Source: Anaerolineales bacterium (GTDB lineage Bacteria; Chloroflexota; Anaerolineae; Anaerolineales; DRMV01). From it: DNA of 50,296 nt. The stretch spans positions 1 to 50,296 of the forward strand of contig JALXBY010000244.1 of NCBI GenBank assembly GCA_026991215.1. The letters are read 5' to 3'. A program made the position numbers and the translations under genes. Under the pieces are notes generated by a model that worked only from the letters and a program-made list of their open reading frames with translations, was not told the origin of the DNA and searched no databases. This document shows positions 32,780 through 43,206 of this stretch, one piece after another; the stretch's first letter is position 1; each line of letters opens with the position of its first letter.

Positions 32780-34282
32780 ATGCCCCTGGCTCTGCTTTCC
32801 TTCTGGGAAAAGGACCCCTGGCTCCCCCTGGCCCAGGGCCTGCACCGCCTGGGTTGGTCCCTGATAGCCTCAGAAGGCACGGCCCGCTGGCTGGCCGAAC
32901 ACGGCATCCCCGCCCGGACCATCACGGACCTCACCCAGGTGCCCCCCTTGCTGGAGGGCCGGGTGAAAACCCTGCACCCTAAGGTGTTCGCGGGCATCCT
33001 GGCCCGGGACCTGCCCCAGGACCAGGCCGACCTGGAGCGCCTGCAGGCCCCGCGCATCGACCTGGTGGCCGTCTCCCTGTACCCCTTCCAGGAGGTCATC
33101 CGCCAGCCGGAGGCTTCCCTGGAGACCGTGCTGGAACACATCGACATTGGCGGGGTCGCGCTGCTGCGGGCCGCGGCCAAGAACTTCCCCCACGTCACCG
33201 TGTTGGTGGACCCCCAGGATGCGGCCCCCGTGTTGCACGAACTCGAAACCCAGGGGGAAACCACCCTGGCCACCCGCCGCGGCCTGGCCTGGAAAGCCTT
33301 TGCCCGGAGCACCGCGTACGATGCGGCCATTGCCCACTACCTTTCGGAAGGCGCGTTCACCGCGCTGCCCCTTTACCGTCAGCGGGTGTTGCGCTATGGG
33401 GAAAACCCCCACCAGCAGGCCGAACTCTGGAGCCTGCAGCCCGAGGCAGGCATCCTGGGCGGCCGGGTGCTCAAGGAAGGCAAACCCCTTTCCTTCAACA
33501 ACCTGGTGGACCTGGACGCGGCCTGGCGCGCGGTGCAGCGGCTGCCCAAACCTGGCGTGGTCATCGTCAAACACGCCTCCCCGTGTGGGCTGGCCACCGG
33601 GAGCACCGTCGCGGAGGCCTTCCGCAAGGCCCTGGCCTCGGACCCGGTTTCTGCCTTCGGCAGCGTGATTGCGGTGAACACCACCCTGGACGAGGCCGCG
33701 GCCCAGGCCATGTGGACCCTGTTCATCGAGGTGCTGGCCGCGCCCGACTTCACCGAGGGCGCGCTGGAAATCCTGCAGCGGCGCAAGAACCTGCGGGTGC
33801 TGGCGTTGCCTGAGGCGCCGCCGGCCGAAGCCCGCTGGCGTTCGGTCCTTGGGGGGATGCTCCGCCAGGACGACGACCCCGGCGACCCCGAAGGAACCAC
33901 CTGGCAGGTGGTCACCCGCCGGGAGCCGACCGAGGCCGAATGGGAGGACCTGCGCTTTGCCTGGCTGGCGGTGCAGCCGGTACTTTCCAACGCGGTGGTC
34001 CTGGTCAAGAACCGGGCCACCGTGGGCATTGGCGGGGGCCAGCCCAACCGGGTGGACGCGGTGCGTCTGGCGGTCATGCGCGCGGGCGAACGGGCCCGGG
34101 GCGCGGTGCTGGCCTCGGATGCCTTCTTCCCCTTCCCGGACGGCGTGGAAGAGGCGGCCAAAGCCGGCGTCACCGCGGTGATTCAGCCCGGCGGCTCCAT
34201 TCGGGATAAAGAAGTCATCGCAGCCGCGGACCGCCTGGGCCTGGCCATGGTGTTCACCGGTGTGCGGCACTTCCGGCATTGA
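32780..34282 (+). CDS. purH: Mirror copy of 16015..17517: AICAR transformylase / IMP cyclohydrolase
   Basis: Exact reverse-complement twin. Confidence 0.93.
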   Translation: MPLALLSFWEKDPWLPLAQGLHRLGWSLIASEGTARWLAEHGIPARTITDLTQVPPLLEGRVKTLHPKVFAGILARDLPQDQADLERLQAPRIDLVAVSLYPFQEVIRQPEASLETVLEHIDIGGVALLRAAAKNFPHVTVLVDPQDAAPVLHELETQGETTLATRRGLAWKAFARSTAYDAAIAHYLSEGAFTALPLYRQRVLRYGENPHQQAELWSLQPEAGILGGRVLKEGKPLSFNNLVDLDAAWRAVQRLPKPGVVIVKHASPCGLATGSTVAEAFRKALASDPVSAFGSVIAVNTTLDEAAAQAMWTLFIEVLAAPDFTEGALEILQRRKNLRVLALPEAPPAEARWRSVLGGMLRQDDDPGDPEGTTWQVVTRREPTEAEWEDLRFAWLAVQPVLSNAVVLVKNRATVGIGGGQPNRVDAVRLAVMRAGERARGAVLASDAFFPFPDGVEEAAKAGVTAVIQPGGSIRDKEVIAAADRLGLAMVFTGVRHFRH

Positions 34283-34309
34283 TGGGCGCGCACTGCCTTC
34301 TGCGGCTGG

Positions 34310-34708
34310 CTATGCACGGGACCTGCGCGCCTCATCCCGAATGGCCTGCAGGTTCAAAATCTCCGCCACCTCGAAGCGGGGCGGAACCACACGCTGGCCG
34401 TCTGGGCCGACCACGGGCCGCATGCGGATGCAGGGCGGGAAGTAGCCCATGCGTCCGTGCAATTCCGCGATGAGCGCGACCGCGCTAAAGTTGAGCGCGG
34501 GCGGGTTGATGAGGAGGGGAAGGGTTTGCCACTCTTCAGGGGTCAATCCCGCAGCATCGGCCATGGCCGAGACTTGTGGTGCCAGGGGCTGCTGAGGGTC
34601 AATCTGGCTGTTGATGACTACCACCCGCTCGGGCTTCTGGCCTGTGAGTTTCTCGATTTGCGCCAGGTGTTCGTCGGTCAGGGGGTGGGCAAAGTTGAGG
34701 ATGAGCAT
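34310..34708 (-). CDS. Mirror copy of 15589..15987: possible Csx15-family protein
   Basis: Exact reverse-complement twin. Confidence 0.4.
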   Translation of the reverse strand: MLILNFAHPLTDEHLAQIEKLTGQKPERVVVINSQIDPQQPLAPQVSAMADAAGLTPEEWQTLPLLINPPALNFSAVALIAELHGRMGYFPPCIRMRPVVGPDGQRVVPPRFEVAEILNLQAIRDEARRSRA

Positions 34709-34711
34709 GGG

Positions 34712-35686
34712 TTAGCGCTCCCATGTAATGATTTCGCGTTCGAGCCAAAGCTCTGTTTGGGCCAGTTGTTCGATGGTCTCATTGCATCTGAGGGCTTCTT
34801 CCCATAATTCTTGGTAAGGTTGCACCAATTCCCATTGTGGGCCAATTTTATAGCCTTCAAGTGTCTCAACGATAAGGCCTTGTTTCCACATTGGAGCCAG
34901 ATAGGCCTCCCGCAGAACTTCCTCCGATGTGAGTCCATAGCTTAAGTTCCAGTACTTGTTCCTCAAGATGCTGTACAGATCGCCCAAAGATATAGGGCCT
35001 TTTTGCGCAAGCAAATCAATGATAGCGCGTGTCAAAGGGCTCAATGCCAAGGGCATAACCGGTAATTCCACCCAGTATCCGTCCTCCGCTGTAAAGCGCA
35101 CACATTTCTCAGCGTCCGGGTTTTCCGCCTGCACGTAATAAAGCCGCGCCACAGCACCGGAGAGGGTAGCAGCCAGTTCCAGGGCGAAGTTGATCACGTT
35201 GTTACCTCCCGTCAAGTTGACCCACATCTCTTTTCCTTGCCCGCCGACGCCGGCCAGCGCGGCCACGACCCAGATCACTCGCTCATAGGTGGTGCGGATA
35301 TCCCGGCGATCGACTTCGCACCAGAAGACGGTGCCTTCGGGACGACCGCCGCTGATGGCAGGCCATTCACGGCGCAATAACCGACGAAGCACCTCCTTCA
35401 TCGGCCCGCCAGACACCCGCGGGTCCTTTGCGATCCGTCCAAGTGGATTGTCCACATAGTCAAACGCTGGAACGGTTCCGCTGAGAATCTCCCGAGTCGT
35501 AAACAACACAACGGCCTGTATATCGCCCACCTTCTCGCCTGCTTCCCGTTGACGAACCTCCCCTGAGCGGGCGAAAAAGGCCCGGTCCTCCTCGTTCCAC
35601 CGCTGATAGCGGGAGGCCAGATAAGAGATAGGGCCAGTAATGGCACCTGGTGAGCGCCCCAGACCCATCAGGTGATAGACACCCAT
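34712..35686 (-). CDS. Mirror copy of 14611..15585: CARF-wHTH protein
   Basis: Exact reverse-complement twin. Confidence 0.6.
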   Translation of the reverse strand: MGVYHLMGLGRSPGAITGPISYLASRYQRWNEEDRAFFARSGEVRQREAGEKVGDIQAVVLFTTREILSGTVPAFDYVDNPLGRIAKDPRVSGGPMKEVLRRLLRREWPAISGGRPEGTVFWCEVDRRDIRTTYERVIWVVAALAGVGGQGKEMWVNLTGGNNVINFALELAATLSGAVARLYYVQAENPDAEKCVRFTAEDGYWVELPVMPLALSPLTRAIIDLLAQKGPISLGDLYSILRNKYWNLSYGLTSEEVLREAYLAPMWKQGLIVETLEGYKIGPQWELVQPYQELWEEALRCNETIEQLAQTELWLEREIITWER

Positions 35687-35688
35687 AG

Positions 35689-36705
35689 TTACCTCCGTGC
35701 TTTTAAGAATCGCTCAATCGCTCGCCGGGCAGCTTCCAATTGGCCCGACGTTTTGGCAGTCGTGGTCAGAATCAATTGCAAGGGGAAGTCGGTGCCTAAG
35801 GGCTCAAAGATTCGGATACGATTTGGAGGCTCGGTTTTGATCTTGCCTTCACCGCTTCGCCACTCTCCGCTTTGAATTTCCGTGATAAAGGGAAAACGCC
35901 CACACAGTTGCCAGGCAAATTTCTCCAGTCGGTCCTTGTAATGATGCGGAGCAATATGGACTTTGCATTCCTCCTGGCGGGCCGGTGGCAACCCCTCAAC
36001 GCTTTCAAGAATCTGGCTAATGAGCCGCCCCAGTTCGGTGACCTCGCCCTGGGAAGTAAGTAGGCCGTTTTCACGGAGCAAGCGACGAATGTCGCGTGGC
36101 ACTTCGCCCTGCTCCGTTAAGGCAAGGCGGATATCTTCAAGAAAAGGAAAGAGTCCGATAACAGGAAGAGTAACCAAACGCGGGCGGTCAGTTGGCTCGG
36201 CGTTCAAGGTAGGATGCAGTTTTCGGGTCAATTCCTCAGGTAAATGCTTCCACTTGCGCAGTTCATGGATTTCACCTTCTTCTTCCAACCAGGGTGGAAC
36301 CCAAATATGGAAAAGTCGCTCGGCGCCGAAAAATTGCACGGCCAGCGCGAGAAGCGCAGACATCGCTTTACGCCCGCCTGCAATGGATACATACACACGA
36401 TGGCCTGCATCTCGTAGGGTCTTGAGGTATTGGCTGGCCAGTTGGAGAAATTCGGCCGCAGCCTGTGTGCTGTCGATATCGGTGTACACGCCGATCTGAA
36501 TAGGTGAAATCCACACAATTCCATCGTGGGCAGGAAGGTGTTGGGCGAGCAAAGAAAAGCTATCCCGCACATCGGAATCTTCGGTCAAGAATAGCGAGAT
36601 GCCATCAATGTGAACGCCTTCTTCCCGCAACAAATCTACGGCTTCTGTAATTACGGCAGGTGCGGTACCCAGGGTGGCCAGAAGGATGTTTTTGACTTTG
36701 GTCAT
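35689..36705 (-). CDS. Mirror copy of 13592..14608: NE0113-type CARF protein with unassigned C-terminal domain
   Basis: Exact reverse-complement twin. Confidence 0.7.
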   Translation of the reverse strand: MTKVKNILLATLGTAPAVITEAVDLLREEGVHIDGISLFLTEDSDVRDSFSLLAQHLPAHDGIVWISPIQIGVYTDIDSTQAAAEFLQLASQYLKTLRDAGHRVYVSIAGGRKAMSALLALAVQFFGAERLFHIWVPPWLEEEGEIHELRKWKHLPEELTRKLHPTLNAEPTDRPRLVTLPVIGLFPFLEDIRLALTEQGEVPRDIRRLLRENGLLTSQGEVTELGRLISQILESVEGLPPARQEECKVHIAPHHYKDRLEKFAWQLCGRFPFITEIQSGEWRSGEGKIKTEPPNRIRIFEPLGTDFPLQLILTTTAKTSGQLEAARRAIERFLKARR

Positions 36706-37421
36706 GAATGCACCTCCCCGTGAGCCACGCGTGCAGGATCAATTACTTTCATTTCAGGTAAAGGCAAAGATCTGTTTTTCATATCTTTCTTAACTTTTTC
36801 CCAATTATTATCATAAGTCACCAACCATGCGTCATGTTCGAGTCCTGTTGCTATAATGAGGCTATCCGTAATGGTGTTTCTGCCCAGGGTATCCCTATAG
36901 TGCTGAACTATAAGCTCTGCATAATATTGGGCGCGTTCTGAGACGGGGATAATTTGAGCGTCGAACGTCTCACAAATATGTTTTAGCGTAGATATTTCCT
37001 GTTCCACTTGACTGCGGCGTATATCCGGAGACATTAGGATAAGAGAATTGCCTGTGTATTCAACAACTGAAATCAGCTGTTTATTTTCGTCCGAAATAGA
37101 CCATCTTCGACCTTTTCGAAGAGTATCTACAAAAAACTGGTTTGGAAGAGGTTGTTGATATTCGCTTAATTCATGCAAAAGCACCTCCTGCATTCCTGCA
37201 GGAACCTCACCTTCCTCTAATTTCCGAATCCATAAAGGCACCAAGTTAGGAGATTCTTCCTTGATCTTCCATTTCACTGGTGCCCACATTTCTAAAACAG
37301 ATATCTGTGAGATAAGAATTTCCCCCAAATCCGCGGCTACTGTTAAAGCATCATGCACCTCTTGATCATCATAGCGAATATAATTGATGAGTACGTTTGT
37401 ATCGAAAACAAATCGTGGCAT
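36702..37421 (-). CDS. Mirror copy of 12876..13595: AT-rich PIN-domain protein
   Basis: Exact reverse-complement twin. Confidence 0.75.
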   Translation of the reverse strand: MPRFVFDTNVLINYIRYDDQEVHDALTVAADLGEILISQISVLEMWAPVKWKIKEESPNLVPLWIRKLEEGEVPAGMQEVLLHELSEYQQPLPNQFFVDTLRKGRRWSISDENKQLISVVEYTGNSLILMSPDIRRSQVEQEISTLKHICETFDAQIIPVSERAQYYAELIVQHYRDTLGRNTITDSLIIATGLEHDAWLVTYDNNWEKVKKDMKNRSLPLPEMKVIDPARVAHGEVHS

Positions 37422-37424
37422 TCC

Positions 37425-37760
37425 TCATCGCCTCCGCCCCTGTTTACCCTGAACAACCAGGCTCCAGGCCACATAACCGAACAGGCGCTGTTGTTCGGTA
37501 CGAGGCAAAGAGGCAACGCGCCGGGCATAGCGCTGCATGGTTTGCGCAATCAAGCGGTGGGCCCGCTGTATGGCCGGCCGCATTGTGGGGTCTTTGGATA
37601 AACGTTGTGCGTAATGGATGGCTCGTTGAAGCGCATCGCGATATTGGGCTTGATAGGCCTGAAGAATCTGCACCCACTTCATCCACTCGTTGCGCGTGAC
37701 CCCCGGCAGGCCATCGGCGATTTGTTCCGCCAGGGTCACCAGTTCATCCTCGCGGCTCAT
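37425..37760 (-). CDS. Mirror copy of 12537..12872: hypothetical helical protein
   Basis: Exact reverse-complement twin. Confidence 0.6.
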   Translation of the reverse strand: MSREDELVTLAEQIADGLPGVTRNEWMKWVQILQAYQAQYRDALQRAIHYAQRLSKDPTMRPAIQRAHRLIAQTMQRYARRVASLPRTEQQRLFGYVAWSLVVQGKQGRRR

Positions 37761-38767
37761 CAGTACACCTCCCGCGGGCAGGCTTCATCCGTCTGGGGTT
37801 GGGCTTCGGCACGGAATTGGTGCCAGGCCTCTTCGTCCAACAATGCCTCGGATTGGAGCCACTGGAGGAGCAAGTTTTTCACCCCCCCTGGAGCAGATTG
37901 AAGGAACCGCTGCCAAAGATCATCTGCGTCCGTAGACGGGGATGTTTGAATGAATACACCACGGGGATGAAAGCGGACGCTTCCTAAACACCGCGGCTTG
38001 GCCCCGCCCAATTTGAGGGGGAAGGCGTAAACAATCGTGTTGGGCTTGCTGGAATGGAGGCCCAAGCCCAGCGCCCTCATCAGTGCGCCCATTTCTGCAC
38101 CACTCAGGTTTTCAAAGTACAGGGTGGTACGGAAACGGCTTCCTTTGGGGACAACTTCCAGAAAACGGGTGTTCTTGCGAGGGTGCAGGTCTTGCTTCTG
38201 GAAAGCCTTGGTTTGATAAAACTTACGCGCCTTACGGACTTGGCGCGGGGGCCACAGGTCAGCGATTTTGATGGTCTCGGTGCGCACCTCGCCTACCGGG
38301 ACCGCGTCGGAGAAATGCACCCGGCCGCGGTAGCCCGTTGTGCCAAAAACGCGGCAGGCCGGGCAGAGTCGGGCCTTCTCCTCTTTCCCTTTGCGAACCA
38401 GACCGCATGCCATATGAGCAGTAGAAAGGGGCCGCTCCCGACGGTTTCGTTGAGAAACGCACGAGTTTGTGATGGCCTCAAACACTGCCCGCACCGCGCC
38501 CTTGATACTGGTCGCGGGTATCACCAACTGCCCATCCCGGCGGGCAAAGGCATAGCGGGCCTGTTCGCGGCCATCGGGCAACCGCACCAAGTCCAGGTTC
38601 CCGCTTCCCACATAAAGGTAGTCCGAGAGCACCTCAATCTCCCAAACCAAACGGCCTGTCCAGCCCTCAAATTTTTCGTGGAACACCGGCCGGGTTTTCT
38701 GCGGAGACTCGTCCAGCAAGACCCAGAAGAAGGGCTTGGGTTCAGGTTCAGAACGCCGTGCCATCAT
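37760..38767 (-). CDS. cas7: Mirror copy of 11530..12537: large Cas7-like RAMP
   Basis: Exact reverse-complement twin. Confidence 0.8.
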   Translation of the reverse strand: MMARRSEPEPKPFFWVLLDESPQKTRPVFHEKFEGWTGRLVWEIEVLSDYLYVGSGNLDLVRLPDGREQARYAFARRDGQLVIPATSIKGAVRAVFEAITNSCVSQRNRRERPLSTAHMACGLVRKGKEEKARLCPACRVFGTTGYRGRVHFSDAVPVGEVRTETIKIADLWPPRQVRKARKFYQTKAFQKQDLHPRKNTRFLEVVPKGSRFRTTLYFENLSGAEMGALMRALGLGLHSSKPNTIVYAFPLKLGGAKPRCLGSVRFHPRGVFIQTSPSTDADDLWQRFLQSAPGGVKNLLLQWLQSEALLDEEAWHQFRAEAQPQTDEACPREVY

Positions 38768-39207
38768 GCTTCCTCCTCAAGGAATTCACACAAACTCACA
38801 AAGGTGGGCACACCATTGCGACGGTAGAGCCGGATCCGAATCTTGCCTGTTGACTTTCCTGTGGGATACTGGGCGAATTGAGGCAAAACCCGGGCTTCTC
38901 GCAAGTCCTGCAGATAAAGCGTCTGTTCCTCTACCGTCCATTCGCCGGGCAGCACTTTGTGGTTGGGCAAGGCCTTTGTGGTGAGCAAGAGGGCCTCGTA
39001 CTGCTCATTACCCAACGCGCGCCAACACAATTCGCCTTGGGTATTGAAAACCGCCCCCTGCTCTTTCCAGTCTGCAGGGTAGCCTTCTCCCACAGTGAGA
39101 CGGGCAGCGTCGGCGACCCAATGCCAGACAGCCTCGCCCAGATGGGTTTGGGCAAGGCGTTGCAGCTCTTCGCTGGTGCCTGTCAGGTAGTAGACGAATC
39201 CCTGCAT
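38764..39207 (-). CDS. csx19: Mirror copy of 11090..11533: Csx19-like protein
   Basis: Exact reverse-complement twin. Confidence 0.5.
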   Translation of the reverse strand: MQGFVYYLTGTSEELQRLAQTHLGEAVWHWVADAARLTVGEGYPADWKEQGAVFNTQGELCWRALGNEQYEALLLTTKALPNHKVLPGEWTVEEQTLYLQDLREARVLPQFAQYPTGKSTGKIRIRLYRRNGVPTFVSLCEFLEEEA

Positions 39208-39218
39208 GGCTCCAACCC

Positions 39219-40100
39219 TCACAGTGCCTGGATGGCAAGCCGGGCTAATTCATTCCAGCCCTGCGTGCCGTATACCCGCCGCGTGTACACGCCCAACGGT
39301 TCTTCACGGGTGAATTCAGGGCCGTTTTGCAGGTCCAAATCGGCCGGTGGGAACAAACCATAGGCCTGCGCCGTTGCGTTGTCCACAAAAGCCCTCAGGC
39401 CCCGGAGGCGCTCGGGGTGATAGTTCACAACAACTTCGTCCACCCAGGCCTCGCGCACCTCCACTTCTACCTCACCGAATCCCCGGTTTTTGCCAAAGCC
39501 CACTTTCACCAGGCCTTGATTCATAGCGGCCAGGGCCGTAGCCACCAGTCCCAACTGCCAGATTTCAAAGTTCTCCAGCACCAGGTGCCCTTCAAACGTC
39601 CCCGAGACGGCTACTTCCATTTCAAAAGGCCCATGGGCCACCGCGTGGGTCAGCCGCGAGATGGCCACACCGTAGCGGATTTCGGTGCGCACTTCTTCCA
39701 CGGGGAAGAAATCGGTGAAGGAAAGCCGGCCCCGCAGCCGGGTATGGCCGAAGATGCGGCAGGCACCGCAGGATTGGCGGTACACCGATGCTGTATCCGT
39801 CTCATTCTGCAAGCGTCGGGCACAACTCTCCGCTTCATCGGGGAATGTTGGACAGGCCCAACGCCAACTGTCTCGGGCATCAAAGGTGCGCAGGGCCTTC
39901 TCCACAAATCCCCGCACAACCCCTTTGAGGGATGAACCGGGAATGTAGACTGTTTCGCCTCGGTCAGGGTGAAACGTGCGCACGAATTGCATATCCGGCA
40001 ATGCGGGGTTGGCGGAGATACCGCCGGCCTTAATCAGCAAGGGGCCTTTAGGACGAATGCGCACGGTCAAGTGCAGGGCGTTGTATCGGGTCTTATGCAT
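39219..40100 (-). CDS. cas7: Mirror copy of 10197..11078: Cas7-family RAMP
   Basis: Exact reverse-complement twin. Confidence 0.88.
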   Translation of the reverse strand: MHKTRYNALHLTVRIRPKGPLLIKAGGISANPALPDMQFVRTFHPDRGETVYIPGSSLKGVVRGFVEKALRTFDARDSWRWACPTFPDEAESCARRLQNETDTASVYRQSCGACRIFGHTRLRGRLSFTDFFPVEEVRTEIRYGVAISRLTHAVAHGPFEMEVAVSGTFEGHLVLENFEIWQLGLVATALAAMNQGLVKVGFGKNRGFGEVEVEVREAWVDEVVVNYHPERLRGLRAFVDNATAQAYGLFPPADLDLQNGPEFTREEPLGVYTRRVYGTQGWNELARLAIQAL

Positions 40101-40103
40101 GGG

Positions 40104-40901
40104 TCATCCCTCCCCTTGGTTCAGTTGCTGGCTCAGGTAGTCGCGGAAGGCCTGAAGGTATTTCTCCGGGCTGTCCTGGGCCGGTTGGCCGCCTGTCAGG
40201 TAGTTCACCAAATTGGTTTGGTCAATTCGCTCCAGGCGCAGGTCCTTCAGTTTTCCCCAGCCGGGGCCGCGAGTCACTTTGCCGCCCAAGGGCAACTGGC
40301 CTTCTTGCCAGAACCGCAAAACCGAAAGGAGAAGGCCCAACTCCCAATCGTCCAGGTTTTCGGTCAGAATCTCAATGCCGAACCTGGCCCCTGGCACAAC
40401 CACCTCAAAGTCGTACTTGATGCCCTGGCGGGCCGCGCCCAGGTCCCGGTCAATGCCCACGCCATCGCGTATCTGGGTGACCACAGGCAGGTCTTCGGAG
40501 TTCTCCAGGTAGGCATCCTTAAAGGACACCCGGCTGGCCAGCCAGGGGGAACCAAAGATGCGGCACGCGGTGCAGGCTTCATCCCAAACCAGATGCTCAG
40601 TTGCTTCATCCTGCAGCCAGATGCGGGCCTGGTTCCGATCCACACACGGGTCTGCGAAGGGGTCACAGGCCCATAGACCAATTTCCTCCCCGTTGGGAAG
40701 GCTGCGCAAAATGCGCTCGGTCAGCGCCCGTACCGTGCCCTTGATGGACGAGCCGGGGATGAACGGAAGACCATCCGGCCCTTTCATAACGGGTAGGTCC
40801 GTGCCCACGGGCTCCAGCGAAATGCGGCTACCCACGGAAAGGGCAGTTTGCATTTCCAAAGTGGCCCGCAGCACCACACGGTTGTTAAAGGTGTCAAACA
40901 T
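40104..40901 (-). CDS. cas7: Mirror copy of 9396..10193: Cas7-family RAMP
   Basis: Exact reverse-complement twin. Confidence 0.88.
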   Translation of the reverse strand: MFDTFNNRVVLRATLEMQTALSVGSRISLEPVGTDLPVMKGPDGLPFIPGSSIKGTVRALTERILRSLPNGEEIGLWACDPFADPCVDRNQARIWLQDEATEHLVWDEACTACRIFGSPWLASRVSFKDAYLENSEDLPVVTQIRDGVGIDRDLGAARQGIKYDFEVVVPGARFGIEILTENLDDWELGLLLSVLRFWQEGQLPLGGKVTRGPGWGKLKDLRLERIDQTNLVNYLTGGQPAQDSPEKYLQAFRDYLSQQLNQGEG

Positions 40902-40904
40902 GGC

Positions 40905-41315
40905 TTATCCCTCCTGGCTTTTCACATCCCAGAGATGCCAGCGCACCGCGTGGCCCAAAACGCGGGTGACCATTTCCAGGTGAATTGTCTTAGGGTCATC
41001 ATGGGTTTGTTTTGCAATCTCATTGGCAGTGTCCGTTAAGTTCTCCATCTCATCAATCAGATACTCTGCCCAATCTCGGGGAATGTTATCTGTAGTGCGT
41101 GCAGCCTGGTATCGGACAAACAAGGCCAAAGCCTTCCATGAGTCGGTGCTCTTGGCGACTTCCAGGATGTTGCGCAGTTGGCGCACCTTACCGTCTTTCC
41201 GCTGTTTTTCGTTTAAGGACTCCCATAATGCCTTCGCCACTTCGCGGGCCTGTTGCACCAACTCGTCCTCTTTCGTCGCGAGTGCCTGACGGGTTCTCGA
41301 ATTTAACTTCTTCAT
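40905..41315 (-). CDS. cas11: Mirror copy of 8982..9392: Cas11 small subunit
   Basis: Exact reverse-complement twin. Confidence 0.65.
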   Translation of the reverse strand: MKKLNSRTRQALATKEDELVQQAREVAKALWESLNEKQRKDGKVRQLRNILEVAKSTDSWKALALFVRYQAARTTDNIPRDWAEYLIDEMENLTDTANEIAKQTHDDPKTIHLEMVTRVLGHAVRWHLWDVKSQEG

Positions 41316-42550
41316 CGCTCTTCTACCTCCTGATGAAAGGGATGACACACCAAGATTTCGCCGAAGCCCTCGTCTCGGCGCAGGCCCAGGCCTTCGGCTT
41401 CCAGGGCTTGCAGTGCGGGAAGCAGGTCGTCCATGCTACCGTCCCAGCGGTAGACGTAGACGCTCCCCATGCGTGCGGCCAGGTTGGTGGGCTTGGGCAG
41501 GCCCCACGCGGTGGACCAGCCGCTGGCCATATCCGGTCGAGTCGCCCACCAGATGGGCCGGAGGACGCGACCGTTGATGTACAACTCCGGAACCAGTTCG
41601 GGCAGGCCGTGGTTGACGAACACACCGGGCGAAAGCAAGTCCACCGAGAAGTACAGGCCGTCGGGCTTCTCCGGAAGTCCGTCCGGGTTGGCCGCGAGGC
41701 GTTTAAGGTCCTGCCAGAGATCGGTCAAAATGCGGTTGAAGGTTTCGACCCGCTCCTTGAGGCCAGGCCATTGAGGGGGGTCGCTCTCCTCAACGTGCAC
41801 CCGCCCATACCCTCGGGTGTGCAGTGCGCCGATGGCTACATGGTCCAGGGCCTGCCGCAGTTCTTGTACGGCTTGTGGGTCCCCGTACACTCGCCCCAGG
41901 AACACCACAGACTTGTTTTTGGGCTCATCCTTTTTGTTGCTTGTTATCACCGCCGGGGCTTGGGGCGCGAGTGCGTTCACGGTGTAAAGCATCTGAAACT
42001 GGGAAGCCCGACGGAAGCGGCTTAAGGCCACTTTGGTTTGGGCATGGTACCGAGGACGAAATTGCTCGTAACCCACCCTGCCATGGGCTTCATATACGCC
42101 GTAGAAGCCTTCTGCCGGTTCCATCCGGCCATCACATTGGGCACATGTAAGGGCGAAGGGGGCGGTCATTTGGGCTCCGGCTTCGCGCAACAAGTGATAG
42201 GCCAGTTGGGGGAGCAAGGTATCTACCACCCCGTGCCCTTTGTTCTTAGACAGGAAGGCGGTCTGGAAGCCCGATTCGTGCTTGCACGTCATGGCCGTGA
42301 GGGGGAGGGGTAACGTGTACAATAACTGGCCATCATCCACCGCGGGGTAGAAATTCCAGATTCGCAGTTTTTTGACTTGAGCGAGAATGCCCTCATCTTC
42401 CTCGCCTTGTGTTTTGAGCCACTCGGCCCAGGCACCCCGCAACAGGCGGCCGGGAATGTAGGCGCGGGTGGTCAGAAATTGGGCATCGGGCCGCACCGAA
42501 CCCAGCACCAGGGGCTCCTCGGGGGTAATTTTCAACCATATCGGCTTCAT
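41312..42550 (-). CDS. csx10: Mirror copy of 7747..8985: Csx10-like RAMP
   Basis: Exact reverse-complement twin. Confidence 0.7.
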   Translation of the reverse strand: MKPIWLKITPEEPLVLGSVRPDAQFLTTRAYIPGRLLRGAWAEWLKTQGEEDEGILAQVKKLRIWNFYPAVDDGQLLYTLPLPLTAMTCKHESGFQTAFLSKNKGHGVVDTLLPQLAYHLLREAGAQMTAPFALTCAQCDGRMEPAEGFYGVYEAHGRVGYEQFRPRYHAQTKVALSRFRRASQFQMLYTVNALAPQAPAVITSNKKDEPKNKSVVFLGRVYGDPQAVQELRQALDHVAIGALHTRGYGRVHVEESDPPQWPGLKERVETFNRILTDLWQDLKRLAANPDGLPEKPDGLYFSVDLLSPGVFVNHGLPELVPELYINGRVLRPIWWATRPDMASGWSTAWGLPKPTNLAARMGSVYVYRWDGSMDDLLPALQALEAEGLGLRRDEGFGEILVCHPFHQEVEER

Positions 42551-43206
42551 TGGCCGCCTCCTAACCACCGGTTCCAATAGCGTTCCAGCGCCGTCCCGGC
42601 TAACGGCTGGCCGTCCATCGTGCATTCGGTCTCAATGGCTTCCAGCCAACCCAGGCCGCGGGTACGCCCCGCGCCCAACGCCGGGAGCATCCGGGCCGCC
42701 AAAACTACCAGGGCCGCGGCCTCTTCGGCCTCTTGTTGAGAAGGAAAGAAGCCTTCGATAACTGTCTGGGCTTCCACGGGGCCTGCCACGGTGGTTTCCA
42801 CAAAATACAACCGCTGGGGAACCGCTGCACGACGGCGTCGGCTGATGGCTACACCGGCGCGGATTTGGGTCTCTATCTCGCCTATATTCTTTCTCCTCAA
42901 AACCCCGTCCTGAAATCGTAAGAGAGAAGGCCGCCGGGGGTTGCCAAAGACCCGACAGACTAAGCACAAGTTCTCAAGATCCGAGCACATTTGACCGGGG
43001 TCGGGTGCATTACAGATGTGCACATGGCCACGTAGCAATTGTTCAGCCTGGTCTCGCAGGGCACCTTTGAGGGAGGTGGCAGGGAGTACATAGGTGTCGT
43101 CATATCGCTGGACCAGGGCCTTGTCCGCGCCCCATCGCCAGCGGTTGCCTGTGGTGTGGAACGCGGTTCGCCATTTGAGACGCAAGGCGATTTTGAGATG
43201 CACCAT
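42547..43206 (-). CDS. cas7: Mirror copy of 7091..7750: Cas7-family RAMP
   Basis: Exact reverse-complement twin. Confidence 0.85.
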   Translation of the reverse strand: MVHLKIALRLKWRTAFHTTGNRWRWGADKALVQRYDDTYVLPATSLKGALRDQAEQLLRGHVHICNAPDPGQMCSDLENLCLVCRVFGNPRRPSLLRFQDGVLRRKNIGEIETQIRAGVAISRRRRAAVPQRLYFVETTVAGPVEAQTVIEGFFPSQQEAEEAAALVVLAARMLPALGAGRTRGLGWLEAIETECTMDGQPLAGTALERYWNRWLGGGQ